A stretch of DNA of 64,000 nt, from assembly GCA_963796965.1 (NCBI GenBank), contig CAWCNS010000008.1:32001-96000 (forward strand), given 5' to 3'. The stretch comes from Calditrichia bacterium. Lineage in GTDB: Bacteria > Calditrichota > Calditrichia > JAJRVZ01. Of the stretch, positions 22,153 to 31,129 are shown in pieces. The first letter of the stretch is position 1. The number at the start of each line of letters is the position of its first letter. The notes under the pieces are model-generated. The model was not told the DNA's origin. It saw nothing but the letters and a program-made list of their open reading frames with translations, and did no database searches. The position numbers and the translations under genes were made by a program.

Positions 22153-25100
22153 CTAAGTATCAGCCTTAAATAAAGCGCGTAACTTATTAATATAGTCCGG
22201 CTTAATTCCCCGATCAGCCGCCTCGAGCAATAGTTGATCCATTGGAAGACCTTCGTCCAAAAAGATTTGGACGTAATTCTGAGGCTCCGCTAATGCCAGG
22301 GCATGCTCCAGGGGGGCAAGGGCTAAGGTTATATTGCCCTCCGCCTGGTGGGCGACAGCCAGCAATATCAGGATTTTGATAACACTTCCCGTCCTCCCAC
22401 CTTCTTCTGCCCCCTTTAAAAGGCGTTCTAATAATCCCATGGCCTCATGTATAGAACGGTCGGTGCCCTCACTCTTATACGCAGCGATGAGCACCCTGGC
22501 GAGGGTGATGTGCTCAAACTCACGCAGGTAACTGAGGTCGTCATTATAGGAAAGACCGCAGCTACGCACCCACCCTAATGCTTGGGTCAACTTGCCCTGC
22601 CTCACCCACACCTCTGTCTTCAATGCCGCTACAGGACGCAGGTTAGGTATGGGGCTCCTGACATATAGATTTTCTGCCTTATCAAGGAGTTTTAGAGCGC
22701 CACTCAGGTCTCCCTGAGCTTTTTTAAGCAGGGCCTTTGCTAGGTAAAGGGGAGATTGATCCGGAAACCTAGCCTGCTCGCCCAGTTCTTCGCCATTGAG
22801 TAGGAGCTGTCTGGCAGATTCAATATCACCCTGTTCTGAGAATAACCCGCTCAATCCAAAATAAAGCTCCGCCGTTCCCCGTGGTACAGGCTTACCCTGC
22901 TCCATCACAAGCTGCAATGACTCTTCATACCTACTTACCGCCTCGTGGAGACGGCCCTGGGCCATCCTTATCTCAACTAACACAAATGTGGGACTTATCG
23001 CCGCAGAAATATCGCCAGCCTTGCGAAAACTGGCCATGACATCGGTCATGGATTTGTAGGCTGCTTTCAGATCTCCTTTCGCTAATTGGCCAAACCCCAA
23101 TAGCACAGTTGGGATTCCACGCTCAATATAGCTCCCCTCAGGCAAGAGATCGAGTGCCCGTTGAGCGTACTTCAGAGTTTTAGGAACATCCCCGAGAGCC
23201 TGGGCAAGATAAGCACGGGCGTTGGCAATCATTCCCGACAGAGACCGAAACTGAACCTCATCTACAACTACCATTTCCCCTGATGAGACGCCCACTCGAT
23301 CACTCCCCTCTGTCATTGCCTTAAGTGCCTGTTCAGCGTCTTTCAGTCGGACCTCACCGGCCTCCAGCTCGCCGGCTTGCAGTAACGCCCAGGCGTAGGC
23401 CGTGCTTAGGACAGGCCTTTTTCGGACCAGATCGTCTGGTAAAACCTTCACCCAACCAAGCCAGGTAGCAGCCTGAGAATTCTTATTCATTACCGGCCAT
23501 TCCAACTCTAATAATCCCGCCACGCGCTCCAAATCCTCCGCGGCAAAAGCATGATGAACAGCTTCGGCCGGAAGACCGTTTTGTTCATACCACGTACTCG
23601 CCCGCCGATGCAGAACAGGTACCTGATCAGGCTGCTCATCCAACAAATGTGTATGGAGAACATCTGAAAAGAGGTGGTGATACCGATACCACTGACGTTT
23701 ATCATCCAGCGAAACAACAAACAGATTTCCCCGCTCCAGCGTTTCCAATATCCTCTTCCCGTCATCCCTTGCAGTAACAGCATCACATAACGGACCACTT
23801 AGCCGGGCAAGAATCGAGGTTTGCAACAAGAAACCTCGTACATGTTCTTTCTGGCGCTTCAGGACCTCTTCACCCAGATAATCCAGAACGTAACGGTCGT
23901 GGCCAGCAAAAGCGCGTATAAAGCCGGAAATGTCCTCTCGTCCCTGCATGGAGAGAGCAGCCAGTTGAAGCCCGGCAACCCAGCCTTCAGTGAGGTTTCC
24001 TAATGCGTCGATGTCCCCTGTGGAAAGGTTCAAGCCCATCACCTGTTTGAGAAATCCGGCAGCTTCTGTGGTTGTAAAACGCAAATCAGCGGCACGCAAT
24101 TCAGTCAATTGATCCCGGACACGTAACCGGGGGAGAGGAAGATCGGGATCCTCACGGGTGGTGATGGCCAGGTGCATTTGTGGTGGCAGATGCTCAAGAA
24201 GAAAGTTGAGCGCTTCGTGAACAGGTTTAGCATCAACAACATGGTAATCGTCAAGGACAAGGGTAAAATTTTCCTGGACCAGGCTGATTTCATTGAGTAG
24301 GGTTGTCAGAATCGATTCCACCGGCGGTGTTTGAGGGGATTGCAGCGCAACCAACACGCCTTCTCCAATATTTGCCTCAATCGTCTGCAACGCAGCAATG
24401 AGGTAAACCAGAAAACGTGTGGGGTCGTTATCCCCTTCGTCCATCGACAGCCAGGCCACGGGTCGATCGAAACCTGATATCCATTCGCTGATTAAGGTTG
24501 TTTTGCCAAAACCAGCAGGGGCAGAAATGAGGGTCAATTTGCCATGTAAACCCCGGTTTAGCTGCTCTATCAAGCGGGGGCGGTGAACAATTTTAGGACG
24601 GGGGGGAGGAATATAAAGTTTCGTAGCTAAGATAATGGTGATTGAACTTTCTTCCTGGATCTTTGGCCCCGGCTGCTCTTGTTTTTCCGGCAATGAACCA
24701 GAATCTGTATCAGTTTTACCTTTTATGTCTTCAGGTTTTGGAACGATTAGCCCTGTATTGGAAATGGCATAGACCTGAATGGGTTTTTCAACATTTTTAA
24801 GTTTAAATGTCTTCAACAGGGAAGTCTTGACGGATTCCTGGTTTTTTATTTCATCATAGACCTTATCAGAGATAAAAATACTCCCCGGAGCGGCCAAAGA
24901 TTCTATGCGAGCGGCAACATTTACACTATCACCGATGATCTCTTCTTCGCTTATAATAATATCGCCGGTATGAATACCAATTCTTACCGGTATGGAGGGC
25001 TTTTTCAGGAAGTTTAGCTGCATTTCGATAGCACATGTTACCGCATCAATGGCACTATTGAAAATGCTTAAGGTACCATCACCATAGTATTGCAGGATTT

Positions 25101-25248
25101 GTCCCTTATACTTTTCAGTAGTGGAATTAAATATGTGTCGGTGTTTATCCCTGGTTTGGACGGCTCTTTTCTCATTTTCCTGCATAAGAGCCGTATATCC
25201 CTGGATATCAGTGAACATGATCGCAGCTAACTGACGGGAGCGTGACAT
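22153..25248 (-). CDS. Class III adenylate/guanylate cyclase domain fused to MalT-like STAND NTPase and TPR-like sensor; no LuxR HTH
   Basis: N-terminal LAAIMFTDIQGYT, YYGDG, RIGIHTGD, GDSVNVAARIES; then LATKLYIP..RPRL, SAPAGFGKTT (Walker A), LVLDDYH (Walker B), TEGWVAGLQLAAL, WYRYHHLF; ends YINKLRALFKADT. Confidence 0.9.
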   Translation of the reverse strand: MSRSRQLAAIMFTDIQGYTALMQENEKRAVQTRDKHRHIFNSTTEKYKGQILQYYGDGTLSIFNSAIDAVTCAIEMQLNFLKKPSIPVRIGIHTGDIIISEEEIIGDSVNVAARIESLAAPGSIFISDKVYDEIKNQESVKTSLLKTFKLKNVEKPIQVYAISNTGLIVPKPEDIKGKTDTDSGSLPEKQEQPGPKIQEESSITIILATKLYIPPPRPKIVHRPRLIEQLNRGLHGKLTLISAPAGFGKTTLISEWISGFDRPVAWLSMDEGDNDPTRFLVYLIAALQTIEANIGEGVLVALQSPQTPPVESILTTLLNEISLVQENFTLVLDDYHVVDAKPVHEALNFLLEHLPPQMHLAITTREDPDLPLPRLRVRDQLTELRAADLRFTTTEAAGFLKQVMGLNLSTGDIDALGNLTEGWVAGLQLAALSMQGREDISGFIRAFAGHDRYVLDYLGEEVLKRQKEHVRGFLLQTSILARLSGPLCDAVTARDDGKRILETLERGNLFVVSLDDKRQWYRYHHLFSDVLHTHLLDEQPDQVPVLHRRASTWYEQNGLPAEAVHHAFAAEDLERVAGLLELEWPVMNKNSQAATWLGWVKVLPDDLVRKRPVLSTAYAWALLQAGELEAGEVRLKDAEQALKAMTEGSDRVGVSSGEMVVVDEVQFRSLSGMIANARAYLAQALGDVPKTLKYAQRALDLLPEGSYIERGIPTVLLGFGQLAKGDLKAAYKSMTDVMASFRKAGDISAAISPTFVLVEIRMAQGRLHEAVSRYEESLQLVMEQGKPVPRGTAELYFGLSGLFSEQGDIESARQLLLNGEELGEQARFPDQSPLYLAKALLKKAQGDLSGALKLLDKAENLYVRSPIPNLRPVAALKTEVWVRQGKLTQALGWVRSCGLSYNDDLSYLREFEHITLARVLIAAYKSEGTDRSIHEAMGLLERLLKGAEEGGRTGSVIKILILLAVAHQAEGNITLALAPLEHALALAEPQNYVQIFLDEGLPMDQLLLEAADRGIKPDYINKLRALFKADT

Positions 25249-25347
25249 AATGATAAGTTATAAAAATAATCAATAATTTGCAGGCTGATCTGAAAATTTC
25301 AAAAAATATTATTGGCTATTAAGACTTAACAACATAGTGGTTAGATC

Positions 25348-25986
25348 TTAGTTTTTGTCATCTCTGAAATTATTGGACCAATGGGTTCCGTCGCAAAATG
25401 GTTTGTTTTTAGAGCCCCCGCAACGGCACATGGTAAAATGTTCCTTTGAACTGCCTTCACAGCGCTCTGTGTCAACAAGATCCGGTCCGCCGGAGACCAC
25501 GTAAGGACCGTTGGGTGCGATGAAGATAGCCGGTTCGTTGTTGTCCCGGTCGCGGTGCTCGACATCATCGACAGAATAACTCAGAGCCCCGGACGGACAT
25601 TTTTTAATGGTCGCGATAATCTCCTCAACATCTGCAGCATCGGGATGAATCCACGGCTCTTCGTTTAAACGGAAAACCGAACTAAGACCATCGGTACAAC
25701 GGCCGGCATGCGCGCAAATACCCCGGTTATCGTGAATGGTAATTTTTTTACCTGTGTAGTTCTCCCTTTTATCCTCAATACGTCCTTCTAGTTTGGCGGA
25801 TGAGAATCCATTTTTTGCATGCGTCCCATCGCAAAACGGCTTATTAGCAGATCCGCCACATCGGCATAGAGCCATCGTTTCTTTGGTATCGATCGGCCCC
25901 TTTTGATTGGCGAATTTCTTAAGGTTTTGTACTCTATAGGGACCATCCGTAGTTGGTGTAATACTTGGTTTCTTTTTTGAATCCAT
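25348..25986 (-). CDS. CDGSH iron-sulfur protein (two CDGSH domains flanking a Fer4_19-type domain)
   Basis: Two CRCGGS.NKPFCDGTH motifs; central CAHAGRC...CPSGAL. Confidence 0.92.
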   Translation of the reverse strand: MDSKKKPSITPTTDGPYRVQNLKKFANQKGPIDTKETMALCRCGGSANKPFCDGTHAKNGFSSAKLEGRIEDKRENYTGKKITIHDNRGICAHAGRCTDGLSSVFRLNEEPWIHPDAADVEEIIATIKKCPSGALSYSVDDVEHRDRDNNEPAIFIAPNGPYVVSGGPDLVDTERCEGSSKEHFTMCRCGGSKNKPFCDGTHWSNNFRDDKN

Positions 25987-26023
25987 GTGAATCTCCTTTT
26001 ATTGTAGTTCGTTATATCTAAAG

Positions 26024-26395
26024 CTATACATGCTGATCGACAAGGATTGGGTTTCCGTCGGGATCAACGGCTATAAAACTTGCTGGTCCTGTGGTGCTCT
26101 CATCCGCTTCGGTCATTAATTCCACTCCTTGCGCTTTTAACTTACGTTGTAAGTCACGGACATCAGTGAATGTGTCCAGTTGAGCGGCGTTTTTATCCCA
26201 GCCGGGATTGAAGGTCAGGGTATTTTTTTCGAACATGCCCTGAAAAAGACCAATCGTGTGATCGCCATTTCTTAGAATTAACCAATTCTGAGTGGCATCT
26301 CCGCCAATGACCTTAAAACCAAATTTTTCATAAAAGGCCTTTGATTCTTCAATGTTCTTGACGGCCAAACTGATTGAAAATGTTCCAAGTTCCAT
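26024..26395 (-). CDS. VOC/glyoxalase family protein
   Basis: [57 protein letters not shown]. Confidence 0.9.
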   Translation of the reverse strand: MELGTFSISLAVKNIEESKAFYEKFGFKVIGGDATQNWLILRNGDHTIGLFQGMFEKNTLTFNPGWDKNAAQLDTFTDVRDLQRKLKAQGVELMTEADESTTGPASFIAVDPDGNPILVDQHV

Positions 26396-26434
26396 AAATT
26401 ACTCCTATGCAAATTTTCAGTAGTATTATGAATA

Positions 26435-26485
26435 ACCTCCCCCTTAGTCAACCTCCTTAGTAAGGAGGGGGAAAAAGGGGGTGGT
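26435..26485. repeat. REP-like ~50-bp palindrome, degenerate copy
   Basis: ACCTCCCCCTTAGTCAACCTCCTTAGTAAGGAGGGGGAAAAAGGGGGTGGT followed by AATTATATTCTTTTT; homologous to 51618-51666 and 54313-54361. Confidence 0.85.
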
Positions 26486-26722
26486 AATTATATTCTTTTT
26501 CCTTTGGCTGTGGTTAAAATCAGATTAATAATTAAGTAAACTTTTAGAAAATGGACAAAGTCTAAAAAAATAGAATCGTAAATGTTTTTTAACATGTCCC
26601 ACCACTGGTGGTCCGGGGTGAAAAATGAGTATTTACGGACTTTACATCTGATATTAAAACAGTATTTAGGTATAACTCATGAACGTGGTATTTATATTTC
26701 ATTCATGCATCAATAAAAAACT

Positions 26723-28169
26723 CTAGGTGAGGCGGTGGACGATATAATCTTCACCTTTTTTAATAAGATCAAAATTTTGATCCGATGCCTTTATTGCTTG
26801 GGTATAGATATCTTTCGTATAATCAATCAAGAATTTCTCGGCTTTGGGCATTCCTTGTTCTTTCCATGAATCCAGGTCAAAGGAGGGCCATAAGGTATTT
26901 GTCCCTGGCAATTCCGGTAAAGAGGCGAGCGTCTGTTCTGAGGTTAAATAATTACCCCCAGGCCCCACACGATCTATTTCACCTAAGTTTACCGTCGTAT
27001 CATTTAAAGTAAATCCTTTTGCGAATTTTTTTGCTTCACCAATTATGTTATCAGAGAGTACCACATTACTGGGAGAGAAAGCCATTGAATCAAAATTACT
27101 TCCTACAAAGGGCGCACAACCGATTTTACCCATGCAGGAACTAAGGTGATTTTGCCACAAATCCCCTGATGCAGATAAGTCAGCCTCTCCAGCCATTGCT
27201 GCTGCCGGAAGTACCACAATGTGGAATGCCATAAAAACTCATCATCTCAGCACAGGCCAGGTTGAGCAAATAGGATGAAGCGGTATAGGTGCTTCCCATC
27301 GTTTTCATATTAAAGGCTGCCGGAAGGCTTCCCAATATCATCTCGCTTCCTTCTTTTATTAACTGACCGAATACTAATCCAGCCAGCAACTCTGCATTTA
27401 AAAGTGCCAGCGAACCACCTTCCGTAACGGGAGAGGTACCGCCGGACATGGCGTAATTGGAGTACATGATGGGTAATCCGTGATTGATAGAAGCAATCAT
27501 TTTATCGGTTGTAGATGAATTCAACATTAAGGGCGTTATTGGATTGAAATAGGGGATGCAAAAAGGTTTTGCTGATATATCCCCATGAAGAAAAGATAGA
27601 AGTTCAAATACAGGATTGATATTTTTGTCTTCCAGAATTAATAAGACCAATGGTTTCGATGTATTGGCATACATATCGAGGGCATTATATAAGTCTAATT
27701 TATCTGCCGGTACATCTGTTGCAATGCCCAGGGTCGAGACCATATCATAATTACTGAGCAAATCCCCCAGCTTTGTGGAATGCTGCATATGTTTTCTCTT
27801 AAAAGATTCAACCCGGCTACTTTCTATATCCTGAAAATGGGTGTTGGTTACCCCGATCCCAAAATAGGTTTCATCGCCCTGCATTTTCCCCAGATGAAAA
27901 GCTCTCTCGCCGGCTTTGTTATATAGGGCAATACTTGAAGGGACTGTTTCTATGGCATGATTAATAAGTTCACCCTGGATGCAAACAAGATCATTTTTAA
28001 TGGTTGCCGCATTTGATTTCTTAAAGATTTCAAGCGCTGTTTTTGATTCGACTTTTATTCCCGTCTTTTCCAAAATAGAGACAGAATAAATATGGATCTT
28101 ATTCATCTGCTCCGGGCTGAGCAATTGAATCTTTGGTCTGACAATTTCCGGATTATTTGCTTTGGTCAT
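26723..28169 (-). CDS. Trimethylamine methyltransferase (MttB/MtgB) superfamily protein, non-pyrrolysine type, frameshifted
   Basis: LSPEQMNKIH..S..ILEKTGI; NPITPL; MSGGTSPVT..G.LALLNAELLAGLV..QL...G; IDRVGPGGNYL..EQTL. One extra base near 27185. Confidence 0.85.
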
Positions 28170-28425
28170 TTCGCCTACCTGTTTATACTTAATAGAAATC
28201 AAAAATTGGATTAAATGTACAAATAGAAAAAATCTGAGAGGATAACAGGATTTACAGGATTTATATAGCGACAACCCGCCTAATTATAATTCCTTAGAAA
28301 TATTTACACAAGGAGATAGAAGAATTCCATCGATCCCTTTGATCCTGCAATCCTGTCGAAAAATATTTGGGGATTATATGATGCATTTAATAACCTCTTT
28401 TTATGCTTCAACTACCCTATGTTTT

Positions 28426-29569
28426 TTAGATCCGTGCCTCAGAGATTTCCCATTTTACATTTCTTTCCCTTAATCCTTTTTGCAAATAGTCAACGCATGC
28501 CTGATATTTTCCCATATATTCCGGGGGTGAAATACCTTTATGTGTATAAAGACCCTCCGCTATCATTCTAAGGGCTAAAGTTGCCGTATAACCGGTTGTC
28601 CTGGCCATGGAAATCACATCCGTCTCAGAACAATAGGTATCATACATATCGATTGTGTATCTGATTTTCTGACCGGCTTTTTCACCCTTGATGATCGATT
28701 GGAACACGGTTATATCGCCTTCTCCTTCTTTTAGTTTCCAGTTTGGAAACAATACCTGGGCTGTAAATTCAAGGGGACTTATTTTTAAACCTTTGACCTC
28801 TAGATGCTTTTCTTTGGAGAAGAAACCAAGTTCTCTCAGAACGGTCATTTTCTCAATATGACCGGGATAACGCAACGTTTTTTCTTTTAAGTTGGGGGCA
28901 TCAATTGTTTTTGCCAATGTTCTCAGACCATCGGTATTAAAGGCTTCCAGGGTTCCGATTTTCGGAAAGAATAGATATTCCGGATCTGATAAGGCAGGAC
29001 GGACGACCTCAAATCCATTTTCAATATACCGCGCAGGACGAATATACTCTTCAATGACATCAATGGGGGAGAATACAGCCTTATATTCACTGGGCCATTC
29101 TCTTATCTCAGGCAGCCCGCCCACATAAGTCAAAACGCTTTCAACCCTATCTAATCTCATGGCCATATTCATGATTAAAGCACTTCCCATTCCCGGATAA
29201 ACACCGCAATCCATAATCATGGTTACATTGTTCTCTTTGGCCAATTGATCAAGTTGGAAAGGATCTTCTTCATAAAAAGCAATACAGGCACAACTTTTTC
29301 CGGCTGAAATGATCGCTTTTGCTGTCTCAAACCCCATAAAACCGGGGACTGCATTGACGACAAGGTCAAAGTTTTTCACAAGGTCGGTAACATCTTCCGG
29401 ATTTGATAAATCTTTTTGAGATAACAGACAATTCGGAGCATTTCACTTTCAGACGATTCAAAGCATCATTGCTAAAATCAGCAACGGTCACATCGAAGTT
29501 ATCTTCTTTAGTTAAATCTATTGCCATCGGCGCACCGACGAGTCCGGCCCCTAATACAATAATTTTCAT
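28426..29569 (-). CDS. Saccharopine dehydrogenase / lysine 6-dehydrogenase family protein, frameshifted
   Basis: MKIIVLGAGLVG; DLVVNAVPGFMG; DCGVYPG; VGGLP; FSPIDVIEEY.RPAR; EAFNTDGLRT; KTLRYPGH; SMARTTGY. Confidence 0.9.
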
Positions 29570-30112
29570 TTCTACCTCCCAAATGAAATTTTGAGTCATA
29601 CAAACAGAACCCGGGATTCACCCTCCGGGTCTGACGCTTCCTTGTCGTTTTTTTTACAAAATTTGAAAAATAATTATAACCACAGAATTACACAGAAAAG
29701 CACAGATGATTAAAATTAGAATATTTAGAAAAAAATTTATAAAATAACTCCTCCATCGGTATCCATTCAGGTGGGTGCTTCGTGATGTTAAAAAAACAAT
29801 CAAACAGTCTGTTAGATATGAGACATAATTTTCCTATGAATAACAATTGAATACTTTTTTAATTGGATCTAATCTGTGAGGAAACAAAATCTGTATTATA
29901 AACCGGAGAAGCGGTTTAGATAGGCGATAAGAATAGAAGCGTGTCTCTGTTTTTCTGTATGTCCAAATTTGAATAATATCTTTTTCATGAGCGTAATGTA
30001 GGAAAATATTCAGAAAAAGAGAACAAAAATTTTTAGGATCGTATCTGGTCTTTTTAATCCAATTCTTTCGACCCAAAGACTGTATTGAATTTTTTATGCT
30101 TAACTATTCATA

Positions 30113-30943
30113 TTATCCGGTAACCCATTTATATGAACATCCCTGCTTAAGATGAAGAACAATATAATCTGTATAAATCGCCTTTAAATGATCATTTAGC
30201 GTACGCATGCCAAATTCTTCACTGGTCCCGTGATTTATCATAACCAACGGGTGACCTGAATCCTCTGCATAGGTTGTTTGGATCCAGGTGTTAATACTAT
30301 CATCGATTGTAATAAAAAGATCAGGATTTAAATCCATAAAATCCTTTGGATCGCTAAAACATCCCGTACCGATACCAACTGTAGATACTTTGGACTGTGG
30401 ATTTCCATAAAAAGCAACTCCCGGTTGTTCCACCACAGCCAATTTTCGCGCAATCTGTTTCGCGACCTCAACGGCCGGTGCCGGATTAATCGTGTAGACA
30501 TTATAATACGTTTTTGAGTTTGCTATCGTATCAGTGGAAAAACCCATGCTTTGCCCAGAGCAAAGGGTATACCGGTTTCGGACTTCTTGTCCCAAACATC
30601 ATGACAACGGATAATGACAAGACTATTTTTATTAACCCAGGCAATCTTATCATCACGTAATGCTGAATAGTATTTTTGTGCAGGTGAATCACCGCTTAGA
30701 TAACTTTCATTTTTCACATCCAAATCCCAATGGTGATAAAAAGTGGGTTCATGAACAATAAGCGTGTTAATCCCCTTGGAGACAGCTCGTTTTTAAGGTT
30801 TCCCAGCAGGGTGTCCAGCAGGTACCAATTTTTTTAACCGGGGTAGTTGGATCCCCGATTATTACTCGATCGACGGAGGGCTCTTTCACATCGCATAAGG
30901 AACGGAGATAATTATTAACATCAGCTGCTGATAATTCTTCCAT
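30113..30943 (-). CDS. NIF3-like dinuclear metal-centre protein, frameshifted
   Basis: Read from ATG at 30943: SVDRVIIGDPTTRVKKIGTCW, then IVHEPTFY, IIRCHDVWD, INHGTSEEFGM; at least two frame breaks. Confidence 0.82.
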
Positions 30944-30977
30944 CGTATTTCCAAATTTAATAGTTATAATATAAATA

Positions 30978-31100
30978 TGTGTTTAGTGCTACTCGGATAA
31001 GCAAAATCTATTCCCCCTTTATTAAGGGGGGATGAATTTAGCTTATCCGAGTAGTGGAAACACTTATTTCTATCAAAAGGATCTAATCTGCAGCAGCCCC
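30978..31100. mobile_element. Second, inverted partial copy of the 18314 MITE-like element, with a long hairpin
   Basis: Reverse complement GGGGCTGCTGCAGATTAGATCCTTTTGATAGAAATAAGTGTTT...CATCCCCCCTTAATAAAGGGGG aligns to 18317-18403; CTACTCGGATAAGC pairs with GCTTATCCGAGTAG. Confidence 0.75.
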
Positions 31101-31129
31101 TGAAGGAAGAGGCTAATACAGATAGTATT

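Noticed and set aside
27170..27240. Pyrrolysine or selenocysteine read-through in the MttB homologue
   Set aside because: The stop is TGA, not TAG. Read-through gives a short non-homologous peptide ending at another stop, while homology continues in a shifted frame (ADLSASGDLW). This is a simple indel.
29834..30076. 80-aa ORF between saccharopine dehydrogenase and NIF3
   Set aside because: TTG start, no clear RBS or motif, AT-rich; cannot be supported as a gene.
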